Below are positions 38,346 to 48,346 of a stretch of DNA of 64,000 nt, one piece after another; positions within the stretch are counted from its first letter, which is position 1, and every line of letters starts with the position of its first letter. Source of the DNA: Alphaproteobacteria bacterium (lineage in GTDB: Bacteria; Pseudomonadota; Alphaproteobacteria; SP197). A program made the position numbers and the translations under genes. The notes under the pieces are model-generated. The model was not told where the DNA came from and did not search any database. It saw nothing but the letters and a program-made list of their open reading frames with translations. The stretch is taken from positions 1 to 64,000 of the forward strand of contig OZ219919.1 of NCBI GenBank assembly GCA_964291415.2. Reading direction: 5' to 3'.

Positions 38346-39848
38346 TCATGGACGGCGGTGCTCCGGACCGCCCGGTCCCAGCCTGACACCGTCGCGCAGG
38401 AAGCGATACCCGAGCTGGTCCAGACGGCACGGGTGTTCGCCCGGCGATTCGACGAGGAGGGTCCTCGTGGCGATCGGATCGTAGTCGGCCCGAAAGTGCA
38501 CCGTGCTCTTGACCACGAGGATGTGCTGGTCCGTCGGCTCGACACCGATATGGCGGAAACACGCCTGGTCGAGATTCTGGAAGCGGACACTCGAGACAAT
38601 CGCCTTGACGTCGCAGTCGGCATCGGCGACCGACAGCAGGGCCAGCGGACCGAGATTGGTGACGACGCCGCGGTACATCTCGCCTTGGCACTCGAAGATC
38701 CCGTTGCCGAGACGCTCAACCCGGAAACGGCCGCGAAAGGGGGCCTGGCCCGGTCTGCCGGACTTGCCGCCTAGAGGCGCATCGAATGTGCTCCCCTCTC
38801 CCTGGGCATGGGCCTCCCGCGCGACCCCGGGGTCCCACAGCAGAGCAAGAGCGGCGCCGGTGGCGTGGTGGCGCACCAGGGCCTCGAGAATCCCCACCGT
38901 GTCGGAGGTGCCTCCCGCGCCGGGATTGTCCTGGGCATCGGCAAGGATCACCGGACCGGCCGGCTCGGCCATGGCGATTCTCACCGCTTCATCGGCGTCA
39001 AGCAGCGCATTGTCGAAGACCTCCTCGGCGGCGATGAAACCTCTCATGATCTCGTGAGCGGCCTCACGGGCACGGTGAGGATCGGCATCGTAGGCAATTG
39101 CCGCCGGTCCGCATTCGGCGATGTCGGCGGGCGGAAATCCAAGCGCCAGGTCCGCGCTCGTGACACCGGCATGCTCGCGCCGCCTGATGTCGTCGTAGAA
39201 TCCGCTGTTGGGCGGTGCGCCGGTCCACTGGGCGGAGAGCGGCACCAGGAACGGTGATCTGGCGAATCCCTTCGCCAGGGGCTCGCCCGCAAGCAGGCGC
39301 ATCATGAGGCGATAGCAACGGCGTCCGGTGTCGTCCATGTCGATGTGCGGATAGGTCCGGTAGATCGTCATGGCCGAGGACATCGCCACCATGCGTTCCG
39401 TGATGTTCGCATGGAGGTCGAGGCTGTTGACGACGGGAATGGAGTGTCCGACGACGCTGCGGACACGTTCCAGGGTTTCGCCCTCGCCGTCCTCGCAGTG
39501 TTCGGTGACCATGGCTCCATGGAGATCGAGGAAGACGGCATCAAACGGGCCGAGCCGCGCCAGGTCGTCGGTCATCATGCCGACAATCCTCTCGAAGGCG
39601 TCTTCCGTGACATGGGACGACGGCTCGGCGGAGGCCCACAGAAGCGGCACGAGTTCGTGGCCGTCATCGGTTGCCTGACGAATGAACGATTCCAGGGCGA
39701 GGTTGAGACCGGCAACGGCGTCGAAGAGTTCCGGACCACGTGTCAGGCCTGGCCAGGCATCATGGAGTTCGAAGTCACAGAAGTCCGCGTTGGTCGACGC
39801 GAAGGTGTTCGTCTCGTGCTGAAATCCACCCACCGCGATACGTGCCAT
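38346..39848 (-). CDS. M81 family metallopeptidase (MlrC-like)
   Basis: FQHETNTF, LDLHGAM, LDLHAN, YRTYPHID, DNPGAGG, VVKSTVHFRA. Confidence 0.93.
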   Translation of the reverse strand: MARIAVGGFQHETNTFASTNADFCDFELHDAWPGLTRGPELFDAVAGLNLALESFIRQATDDGHELVPLLWASAEPSSHVTEDAFERIVGMMTDDLARLGPFDAVFLDLHGAMVTEHCEDGEGETLERVRSVVGHSIPVVNSLDLHANITERMVAMSSAMTIYRTYPHIDMDDTGRRCYRLMMRLLAGEPLAKGFARSPFLVPLSAQWTGAPPNSGFYDDIRRREHAGVTSADLALGFPPADIAECGPAAIAYDADPHRAREAAHEIMRGFIAAEEVFDNALLDADEAVRIAMAEPAGPVILADAQDNPGAGGTSDTVGILEALVRHHATGAALALLWDPGVAREAHAQGEGSTFDAPLGGKSGRPGQAPFRGRFRVERLGNGIFECQGEMYRGVVTNLGPLALLSVADADCDVKAIVSSVRFQNLDQACFRHIGVEPTDQHILVVKSTVHFRADYDPIATRTLLVESPGEHPCRLDQLGYRFLRDGVRLGPGGPEHRRP

Positions 39849-40125
39849 GATGCACCCTCCTGACCCCGGGCCGGCGCGATTCTGTCACGCTGTCCTGAAC
39901 CGGCGCAACCGCGGCACACTCTCCGAAGTCGGGTCGTCGTGACCGTCTGGGCGCGTCAACCCGGGGCACGGCCCGCCAGGTTGCTGCCCGGTTCGCGGAT
40001 CAAGACGTCGATCGGCAAATCAACCTGTTGAAAAGGCGGGTGTCGGGCGGATCAAGACAACACCGGGCCTCCGGCGCGCCCGACCCTTGAAGGGAGCGCC
40101 GCGATCAGGGGCAGGACCGCGGCAA

Positions 40126-40443
40126 TCAGGCCGTCGTGGAGATCGTGCCAGCTTCGTTGTCGACGATCACCGGCGATTCGAAGTACTCGATCGAAGGTTC
40201 GACGCCCAGTCGCTCGCGGATACCGGCCCGCCAGGCCGCATCGTAGAGGCGTTCGGCATCCTCACGCGTATTGAACAAGTACACACCGCCGCCGGTCCGG
40301 CCATCCTCGGACAGGAGATAGTACTTTCGGATCAGACCCTCGACGCCCCGGTAAAGCGGCGCGGAGGCTTCGAATGCGGACCTCACCGCCTCGCGCGCCC
40401 TGTCTTCTGGCAATTCGAAACGAACGATTGCGGTTACCGCCAT
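40126..40443 (-). CDS. YdhR-like putative monooxygenase (dimeric alpha+beta barrel)
   Basis: GLIRKYYL...GGVYLF motif; GGAGG RBS. Confidence 0.8.
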   Translation of the reverse strand: MAVTAIVRFELPEDRAREAVRSAFEASAPLYRGVEGLIRKYYLLSEDGRTGGGVYLFNTREDAERLYDAAWRAGIRERLGVEPSIEYFESPVIVDNEAGTISTTA

Positions 40444-40550
40444 GGTTCAGCCTCCTCGGTTCATCATTCCGGGCCCGGTCCACAAGGGAGCCACCTGTCC
40501 CCGGCTACCGGCGGAGCCAGACCTCCGGGGACACGGCCTCGGCCATCGCC

Positions 40551-41144
40551 TCAGGTCACGATCTCGAAGTGGGCCTCGGTCGGCTGCCGGTTCAGCCCGT
40601 TGACCGGAAGCACGTCCTGAGGGCAGGCCGACATGGCCACCACGCAATCCATGAGGGCGCGCAGCACGACATGGTCGCCGGGGGCCGACAGCGGCGTCTC
40701 GAATGCGAGCCCGCCGTCGTCATGCCAGGGGATGTTCATGAAGAGATTGAGCGGCGACGGCGTGTGTGTCTCGCGCAATCCGAGTTCGCTCATCGCCTGC
40801 GAGAGATTGTCGGCACAGTTGTCGTGGTATTCCCTGATACCCAGCAGCTCGTAACGCCAGCGGTCGCAGGCAGCCATCAGGGTGTCGTGGCGGCCAGGCG
40901 ACGTGTCCGCTTCGAGCACGAGAATCGGGCGCCGGAGGTTGGTGACAAGATGGTCGCCAACACATGGGGTGAGGCGCTGGTTGAAGACGCGGGTGGCGTC
41001 CATCGCCATGTACTCCGAAACATCGTCACCGTTGAACGCCCAGGTGTCGACAACCTGCGAACCATGGGTGTTGATGATGCGGATCGCTGCGCCGCGTGCC
41101 ACGCGCACGGCCTTGCCGCCACGCGCCGGGATGGTTGATGACAT
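40551..41144 (-). CDS. DUF1989 / urea carboxylase-associated family protein
   Basis: GSQVVDTWAF, HDTLMAACD, HDNCADNL, PLNLFMN, SACPQD. Confidence 0.9.
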   Translation of the reverse strand: MSSTIPARGGKAVRVARGAAIRIINTHGSQVVDTWAFNGDDVSEYMAMDATRVFNQRLTPCVGDHLVTNLRRPILVLEADTSPGRHDTLMAACDRWRYELLGIREYHDNCADNLSQAMSELGLRETHTPSPLNLFMNIPWHDDGGLAFETPLSAPGDHVVLRALMDCVVAMSACPQDVLPVNGLNRQPTEAHFEIVT

Positions 41145-41232
41145 GACTCTCTCTCGCGGATTTCAGGCCGGTTGCACGATATCTTCGGTTGTCCGACGAT
41201 CCTGCGCAAGCGGCCGGACGGATCGAGGCACC

Positions 41233-41838
41233 ATGATTATCGCCACCCGGGCAGATCTCGAGGAGGGCATCGGGGCGCTCATCCGTCTCGAATCGCGGTT
41301 CGGACCGGTTGTGGAGGGACTCGAGGCCATTCCGCTCAGGATCGAGCCGGCGGGCCTGGCATCGCTGCTCGCCATCATCACCGAGCAGTCGGTGTCTCTC
41401 AAGGCCGCCGCCAGCATCCGCAAACGCCTTGACGCGGCATTCGATTCCGGCGACGCGGATGCCGTCCTCGGGGTTCCGGTGGAACGCCTGCGGGCGCTCG
41501 GACTCACCCGCTCCAAGGGCCGTGCCTTCCATGCCGCAGCGCGGGCAGCGCGCGACGGTCTGCTGGAGTCCCTCGCGACTCTGGGAGATGACGACGCGAA
41601 CAAGGCACTCACCGCACTTCACGGCATTGGAGAGTGGACCGCCCAGACCTATCTCTTGTCGTGCCTCGGGCGATCCGATGTCTGGCCTGCGGGTGACGTG
41701 GCATTGCAGACGGCCACCGCCGCTCTGTTCTCCATCGATCCGCGTCCCGATGCGCGGCAGATGGTGGCTCTCGCCGAGCCGTGGCGGCCCTGGCGCGCCG
41801 TGGCCGCGCGCATCTTGTGGACCTGGTATCGGTCCTGA
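41233..41838 (+). CDS. DNA-3-methyladenine glycosylase II family (AlkA-like HhH-GPD)
   Basis: LHGIGEWTA (HhH), VWPAGD, WRPWRAVAARILW. Confidence 0.88.
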   Translation: MIIATRADLEEGIGALIRLESRFGPVVEGLEAIPLRIEPAGLASLLAIITEQSVSLKAAASIRKRLDAAFDSGDADAVLGVPVERLRALGLTRSKGRAFHAAARAARDGLLESLATLGDDDANKALTALHGIGEWTAQTYLLSCLGRSDVWPAGDVALQTATAALFSIDPRPDARQMVALAEPWRPWRAVAARILWTWYRS

Positions 41839-42888
41839 TCAGGTATCGGCGCCGACGGCTTCCGTGAGATTGTGCAGGCCGTCCGCGGCCAGGCGCTCCT
41901 CGAGGCCATCGAGAATGCGTCCGACAACCGCCAGACCGTGCCAGACCAGAGCCGTATAGATCTGGATCAGCGAGGCGCCTGCCCGGATCTTCCGGTAGGC
42001 GTCCTCGGCCGACATGATGCCGCCCGTTCCGATGATCGGCAGGGCGCCGTGACCCGCTTTGTGGAGTGTGCGCACCAGGCTGGTGGAAAGCTCGAAGAGC
42101 GGTGCCCCCGACAGGCCACCGGCCTCGCCGGCATGGCGGTGTCGCAGTCCGCCCGGCCGGCTTATCGTCGTGTTGGACACCACGAGACCGGCGATGCCGT
42201 GATCGGCCGCCACCCGGGCCGCCTCCCCTGCATCCTCGAATGCCAGGTCCGGGGCAAGCTTGAGCAGCAGGGCCACGTCCGGGACTTCAGGGCGCGCGCC
42301 CTGAAGTGACTCCAGGAGTTTCGCGAGCTGGCGCACGGCCTGGAGGTCCCGCAGGCCCGGCGTGTTGGGCGACGACACGTTGATCACGACGTAGTCGGCG
42401 AGAGGGGCGAGCCGGATGAATGCACGCCGGTAATCACCGTCCGCATCGGTGCTGTCGCGGTTCATGCCGATGTTGATGCCGACGATTCCGGCCTCCGGCC
42501 GGCGCGCCTCGAGGCGTGCCGCCACCTTGTCCATGCCTTCGTTGTTGAATCCAAGGCGATTGATCACAGCCCTGTCTGCCGGCAACCGGAAGATCCGCGG
42601 CCGCGGATTGCCGGCCTGGGGCCGCGGCGTCACGGTCCCGGCCTCGACGAACCCGAAACCCGCCGCCAGCATCTGCGCCGTCACCCTTGCATTCTTGTCA
42701 AACCCCGCCGCCAGGCCCAGGGGATTGGGAAAGTCGAGCCCGAACAGGGCGGTCGCCAGCCGGGGGCGTTCCGTCGCCGCTCGCCGCCCCGCCACCCCTG
42801 CCTCCAGGGCCCTGAGGGCCAGGTCGTGGGCACGCTCGGGTTCGATGAGGCCCATCATGGGACCGAGCAGGCGCCAGGTGTCGAACAT
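41839..42888 (-). CDS. pyrD: Dihydroorotate dehydrogenase (quinone), class 2
   Basis: NPLGLAAGFDK, INRLGFNN, NVSSPNTPGLR, KLAPD, GGLSG. Confidence 0.96.
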   Translation of the reverse strand: MFDTWRLLGPMMGLIEPERAHDLALRALEAGVAGRRAATERPRLATALFGLDFPNPLGLAAGFDKNARVTAQMLAAGFGFVEAGTVTPRPQAGNPRPRIFRLPADRAVINRLGFNNEGMDKVAARLEARRPEAGIVGINIGMNRDSTDADGDYRRAFIRLAPLADYVVINVSSPNTPGLRDLQAVRQLAKLLESLQGARPEVPDVALLLKLAPDLAFEDAGEAARVAADHGIAGLVVSNTTISRPGGLRHRHAGEAGGLSGAPLFELSTSLVRTLHKAGHGALPIIGTGGIMSAEDAYRKIRAGASLIQIYTALVWHGLAVVGRILDGLEERLAADGLHNLTEAVGADT

Positions 42889-42980
42889 CCGGTGACACTT
42901 CCTCCTCTCCTTGAACCGTGCACACGCGGACCGGACCGTGCTAGAAGTGCGTGGCTCTGGCGCAGGACAACCGATCTACC

Positions 42981-43832
42981 ATGGAACAGCTTACCTATTT
43001 CGACGGCGCCTTCCATGAAGGCAATCCCATGATCATGGGACCGCTTGACCAATCATTCTGGTTCGCCACGCAGGTCTTCGACGGCGCCCGCGCCTTCGAC
43101 GGCGTCATGCCGGACATCGATCGTCACTGCGAACGATGCCTCAAGTCCGCGAGGGTCATGGGCATGGAGCCGCAGCAGTCGGTCGACGACCTGGTCGAAC
43201 TGGCCGGAGACATGGCGCGCCGCTTCCCGGCCGACGCTCAGCTCTACATCCGGCCAACCTACTGGAGCGGCGTCAGCGATTCCCTGTGGGCGGTCTCCGA
43301 ACTCACCAGGTTCCTGATGGTCCTGGAGGTGGCGCCCATGGCGGAGCCGAAGGGGTTTTCGGCGTGCCTTTCCGAAATCAGGCGGCCGGCGCCCGACATG
43401 GCTCCCACCCTCGCCAAGGCTTCGTGCCTCTATCCGGCAACCGGCGATGCGGTGCGCCGCGCCAACGAGCGAGGCTTCGACAATCCGGTCATGCTCGACC
43501 ATGAGGGCCATGTTGCCGAATTCGCCACGGCCAACCTCTTCATCGTCAGGGATGGTCAGGTGCACACGCCCGTCGAGAACGGCACCTTCCTGGCCGGCAT
43601 CACGCGACGCAGGGTGATGTCGCTCCTGCGAGACGCCGGCTGGGAGGTATTCGAGCGTTCCCTTTCCTGGGAGGAGGTCCGGACCGCCGACGAAGTGTTC
43701 TCCACCGGCAACTACAACAAGGTCATGCCGGCCACCCGCATTGACGACCGCGACCTCCAGCCCGGACCGGCCTATCGCGAGGCCCGCGAACTCTATTTCG
43801 CCTATGCCCGCGACAGCGGGCACCGCCTGTAA
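42981..43832 (+). CDS. Branched-chain amino acid aminotransferase-like (PLP class IV)
   Basis: VFDGAR, LYIRP, AKASCLY (PLP Lys), EFATANLF, FLAGITR. Confidence 0.9.
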   Translation: MEQLTYFDGAFHEGNPMIMGPLDQSFWFATQVFDGARAFDGVMPDIDRHCERCLKSARVMGMEPQQSVDDLVELAGDMARRFPADAQLYIRPTYWSGVSDSLWAVSELTRFLMVLEVAPMAEPKGFSACLSEIRRPAPDMAPTLAKASCLYPATGDAVRRANERGFDNPVMLDHEGHVAEFATANLFIVRDGQVHTPVENGTFLAGITRRRVMSLLRDAGWEVFERSLSWEEVRTADEVFSTGNYNKVMPATRIDDRDLQPGPAYREARELYFAYARDSGHRL

Positions 43833-43861
43833 CGCCAGACGCCGTTTCCAGGCAGATCGAG

Positions 43862-44680
43862 ATGAACGCCATGAACAGCGACACGGCCATCAACCGCGGC
43901 TGGTGGGACGAGGTGACACCTGTTCACGAGGCCAGCGCATTCTACGACGTCGCCGGCTTCCTCGACGGCCGCAACACCCTGGGTACCATCGAGCGGCAAG
44001 CTGTCGGCGACGTCGCCGGCAGGAAACTCCTCCACCTGCAGTGCCATTTCGGCCTCGACACCCTGTCCTGGGCCAGGCTCGGGGCCGATGTCGTCGGTGT
44101 CGACTTTTCGCCTGTCGCCATCGCCACCGCAGAGCGCCTGACCAGGGAATGCGGCCTGGAGTCAAGGGCCCGCTTCATCGAGGCTGACGTCACGACCGCT
44201 GGCCGGCTTGCCGGAGCGCCCTTCGATATCGTCTTCACCTCGCTCGGCGTCCTCACGTGGATCGGTGATCTCGACGGCTGGGCCGCCACCATTGATGCCA
44301 ACCTGGCGGACGGCGGCTTCTTCTACCTTCTCGATGCCCACCCCCTGTCGATGGTCTTCGATGAGTCATCGCCCGTCCCCGTCGTGCACTATGACTACTT
44401 TCAGGGCACGGACCCGATACACGAGCCGGCCGGCAGCCCCGACTACGCCGACCCGGCCTACCGGATCAGCTCCGAGGCGCGCGAGTACACATGGCCGCTG
44501 TCCGATATCTTTGCCGCCCTCGAGAAGCGAGGCCTCCGGATCCACGAGGTGCGGGAGTATCCCTTTGGCGCCTGGCCGCAGTTTCCCGGCATGAACAAGG
44601 GAGAAGACGGCTACTGGCACCGCCCTGGCGACCTCTTGCCCCTGCCGCTCCTGCTCGGATTCAAGGCACGGCGGAAGTGA
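43862..44680 (+). CDS. Class I SAM-dependent methyltransferase
   Basis: LLHLQCHFGLDTLS, GVDFS, FDIVFTS. Confidence 0.88.
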   Translation: MNAMNSDTAINRGWWDEVTPVHEASAFYDVAGFLDGRNTLGTIERQAVGDVAGRKLLHLQCHFGLDTLSWARLGADVVGVDFSPVAIATAERLTRECGLESRARFIEADVTTAGRLAGAPFDIVFTSLGVLTWIGDLDGWAATIDANLADGGFFYLLDAHPLSMVFDESSPVPVVHYDYFQGTDPIHEPAGSPDYADPAYRISSEAREYTWPLSDIFAALEKRGLRIHEVREYPFGAWPQFPGMNKGEDGYWHRPGDLLPLPLLLGFKARRK

Positions 44681-44683
44681 GGG

Positions 44684-45800
44684 TCATTCCCGGGCGGCAT
44701 CCTGGCCGACACGCTGCGCCAGGGCTGCCTGGATGAAGCCGTCGAGGTCGCCGTCGAGGACGGCATCGGTGTTGCTGGTTTCGTGTCCGGTCCGCAGATC
44801 CTTGACCATGCGGTAGGGCTGCAGGACATAGGAGCGGATCTGGTGGCCCCAGCCGATATCGGTCTTTTCGGCATGAAGCGCCTGGGCTTCTTCCTCCCGC
44901 AAACGCAACTCCCGGTCATAGAGCCGCGACTTCAGGACGGCCATCGCCTCGGCCCGGTTGCGGTGCTGGGAGCGGTTGTTCTGGCACTGCACGACGATGC
45001 CCGTGGGAAGATGTGTCAGGCGCACGGCGCTGTCGGTCTTGTTGACGTGCTGGCCACCGGCGCCGGAGGCACGGTAGGTGTCGACGCGCAATTCGCTTTC
45101 GTCGACGGTGATCTCGATGCTGTCGTCGACGACCGGCGACACCGAGACGCTGGCAAAGCTGGTGTGGCGGCGCATCTGTGAATCGAAGGGTGAAATCCGC
45201 ACCAGGCGATGGACGCCCGATTCCGTCTTGGCCCAGCCGTAGGCGCCGTCACCGACAAACTTCAGGGTTGCCGACTTGATGCCGGCCTCCTCTCCCGGGG
45301 TTTCGCCGAGGTCCTCGACGCGGTAGTCCCTGCGTTGCGCCCACCGGCGGTACATGCGCACCAGCATGTTGGCCCAGTCCTGGCTTTCCGTGCCGCCGGC
45401 GCCGGCATGAACCTCGATGTAGCAGTCGTTGCCGTCCGCCTCGCCGGAAAGGAGACTGGCAATGCGCAGTTTTCCGGTGCGCAGGGAGAGGGCCTCGAGC
45501 GCCTCCACGCACTGCCCGACAAGGTCCTCCTCGCCTTCGGCTTCGGCCAGCTCGGCGAGTTCCAGGTGTTCGGCAAGCTCGTCCCGAAGGGCGTGCACGC
45601 TGCCGATGGCGGCGGCAAGCCGCGTACGCTCGCGCAGCAGCGCCTGCGCCTTATCCGGGTCGTTCCAGAGTTCCGGATCCTGGGTCAGGTGCTCGAGTTC
45701 ATCGAGCCGGGCGTTGGCATGTTCCCAGTCAAAGATGCCTCCGCACGAGGTCAAGACCGGATTCGATGCTGTCCTTCAGTTCGGCAATGGCGGGGCGCAT
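44684..45800 (-). CDS. prfB: Peptide chain release factor 2, programmed +1 frameshift
   Basis: ORF1 [23 protein letters not shown] ends CTT TGA C (45734-45728); ORF2 continues DWEHANARL with SPF and GGQ motifs. Confidence 0.97.
45728..45742 (-). promoter_or_regulatory. prfB autoregulatory +1 frameshift cassette
   Basis: GGAGG-CAT-CTT-TGA-C: internal SD 3 nt before the shifty CTT TGA C. Confidence 0.95.
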
Positions 45801-45834
45801 GGTTTCCTGTCTCCTCCGGCCACAACGCAAGGGG

Positions 45835-48279
45835 TCAGTAGACGCCCGATGACCTGTCATCGCCCAGCGATAGCACGACATGGCGGTCCGCCTCAACCGT
45901 CGGCTCGCTGCCCGGCCGGAAGGCCTCGGTGATGATCCGGGTGGTGGCCTCGCCCGGCAACAGACCGTGGTCGGCATCGATACGGACAAGACGGACTCCC
46001 GGAGGGATGCGGAACGGGATGACGGGTTCCGAGGCGAGTGCCTCGGCCATGAAGAGCTGCCACACCGGCACCGCCACGGACGATCCGGTCTCCCGGTCGC
46101 CGAGCGTCTCCGGCTGGTCGAAACCGACATAGACACCGACAGCGAGATCGGGCGAGAAACCGAGAAACCAGGCGTCGCGGTTGTCATTGGTGGTGCCGGT
46201 CTTGCCGGCAAGCGGCCGTTCCAGCGCACGCAGCCGGACTCCGGTTCCGCGCTCCACCACCCCCTCGAGCATGTGCACCATCTGGTAGGCAGTTACCGGA
46301 TCCACGAGTCTGGGCCGGACGTCCGGGAGCGCCGGAACCGGCAGTTGACGATCCCAGGCTGCTGCCCGGCATTCATCACATTCGCGCGTATCACGCCGCC
46401 AGATCGTTCTGCCGTGGCGATCCTGGATGCGTTCGATCAGCTCGGGATCCACCTCCCTGCCACCGTTGACGATTGCTGCATAGGCTGCCGTCAGGCGCAT
46501 CAGGGTGGTCTCGGCGGAACCAAGCGCGACCGGCAGGTAGTAGGGTTGGGACTCGTCCAGGATGCCGAACTTGCGAACGTAACCGTCGACAACGTCGGGA
46601 CCCAGCGTATTGGCCAGGCGCACGGTCATCAGATTGCGCGACTTCTCGATGCCGACCCTGAGCGGAACCAGACCATAGAATTCCTGCGTGTAGTTGGCCG
46701 GACGCCAGAGCTCCTGTCCGGCGCCCGGATCGTAGACGAAGGGCGCATCCTCGATCAGTGCCGCGGGGGTATAGCCGTGGTCGAGGGCGGCCATGTAGAC
46801 GAAGGGCTTGAAGGCGGAACCGGGCTGGCGCAGAGCCTGCGTCGCCCGGTTGAACTCGCTCGTGGCGTAGCTGAACCCGCCCTGCATGGCGAGCACGCGG
46901 CCGGTATGGGGATCCAGGGCAACGAGGCCGCCGGACACCAGGGGAATCTGGCGCAAGGCATGGAATCGGGTGCCATCCGGGGCGTCCTTGGGGAGACTCT
47001 CCACCACAATGACATCACCATGGGCCAGCACATCGGCGGGCAGGCCGGGAACCGGGCCGAGCCTGCCGTTGTCGAGGCGCCTTCTCGCCCATGCCATGTC
47101 CTCCAGGAGGACAAGGCCGTGGCTGCCGTCGGCAAAGCCGACAGCGGCCGCCGCATCGTTCATGCCGAGGACGACGGCGGCCTGCCATGGGGCAACGTCC
47201 ATCGTCCCGGCAATGGTCGCCAGGGCATCGGTCCAGGAATCGTCGAGATCCACCCTGGCCACCGGACCACGCCAGCCGCGCCGGCGGTCATAGAGTCCAA
47301 GGCCGTTCCTGAGGGCGCGGCTGGCGGCCTCCTGGAGTGCCGGATCGATGGTCGACCTGACATAGAGGCCCCCGGTGTAGAGCGCATCGGATCCATACCG
47401 GCGGGCGATGGCGCGACGGATCTCCTCGACCGCATAGGCGGCCTCGACGAAGACACGGGAACCGGACCTGCTGACACCCAGGGGCTGGCGCCGCGCCAGC
47501 ATGGCCTCCCGTTGCGTGATATGCCCATCCTCGGCCATGCGCGAGAGGACCCAGTTGCGCCTCGCGACAGCTGCCCGCGGCTTGCGTTCCGGATGATAGT
47601 TGTTGGGGGCCTTGGGCAGGGCCGCCAGATAGGCGGCCTCGGCGACCGACAGGGAGTCGAGTGACTTGTCGAAGTAGTTGAGCGCCGCCGCCGCAACACC
47701 GTAGCTCCCCAGTCCGAGGTAGATCTCGTTGAGATAGAGTTCGAGTATTCTCTCCTTGGTCAGGGCCTCCTCGATGCGGAACGCGAGAATCGCCTCCCTG
47801 ATCTTGCGGCGATAGGACATCTCGTTTGTCAGGAGGAAGTTCTTGGCGACCTGCTGGGTGATAGTCGATGCGCCCTGCAGCCGGCGGCCCTCGATGGTCG
47901 CTTCGACATTGGCAATCATGGCCCGCACGATGCCGAGGGGATCGATGCCCCGATGCGCGAAGAAGGTCTTGTCCTCTGCCGAGATGAAGGCCTGCCGGAC
48001 CTTCAGCGGAATCGCCTGAAGCGGCACGAAGACCCGGTTCTCGACGGCGAACTGCGCCATCAGGCTGCCGTCTCCGGCATAGACACGTGTGGCGACCGGG
48101 GGTTCGTAGCCGGCGAGCATGCGATGATCCGGCAGGCCCTGGCTGAAACTGGTCCAGGCGGCCATCGCCAGGATACCGGCGGCGATCAGGATGACGACAA
48201 GCAACGACACGCACGCAGTCAGCCATCGCAGCCAGCGTCTTGGCCTTCGCACCGGTCTGTCGTTGTGTGCTGCGGTCAT
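45835..48279 (-). CDS. mrcA: Penicillin-binding protein 1A
   Basis: AEDKTF, GASTITQQVAKN, RKIRE, YLNEIY; SAFK, SRN, KTGT. Confidence 0.95.
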   Translation of the reverse strand: MTAAHNDRPVRRPRRWLRWLTACVSLLVVILIAAGILAMAAWTSFSQGLPDHRMLAGYEPPVATRVYAGDGSLMAQFAVENRVFVPLQAIPLKVRQAFISAEDKTFFAHRGIDPLGIVRAMIANVEATIEGRRLQGASTITQQVAKNFLLTNEMSYRRKIREAILAFRIEEALTKERILELYLNEIYLGLGSYGVAAAALNYFDKSLDSLSVAEAAYLAALPKAPNNYHPERKPRAAVARRNWVLSRMAEDGHITQREAMLARRQPLGVSRSGSRVFVEAAYAVEEIRRAIARRYGSDALYTGGLYVRSTIDPALQEAASRALRNGLGLYDRRRGWRGPVARVDLDDSWTDALATIAGTMDVAPWQAAVVLGMNDAAAAVGFADGSHGLVLLEDMAWARRRLDNGRLGPVPGLPADVLAHGDVIVVESLPKDAPDGTRFHALRQIPLVSGGLVALDPHTGRVLAMQGGFSYATSEFNRATQALRQPGSAFKPFVYMAALDHGYTPAALIEDAPFVYDPGAGQELWRPANYTQEFYGLVPLRVGIEKSRNLMTVRLANTLGPDVVDGYVRKFGILDESQPYYLPVALGSAETTLMRLTAAYAAIVNGGREVDPELIERIQDRHGRTIWRRDTRECDECRAAAWDRQLPVPALPDVRPRLVDPVTAYQMVHMLEGVVERGTGVRLRALERPLAGKTGTTNDNRDAWFLGFSPDLAVGVYVGFDQPETLGDRETGSSVAVPVWQLFMAEALASEPVIPFRIPPGVRLVRIDADHGLLPGEATTRIITEAFRPGSEPTVEADRHVVLSLGDDRSSGVY

Positions 48280-48346
48280 GCCGCTCTCTTCACTCGCTCC
48301 GGCCAGGCCACGCTCACATGTCCATGTGTCATGCCGGTGGCAACGG

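Noticed and set aside
45880-47664. 594-aa plus-strand ORF
   Set aside because: Antisense to mrcA.
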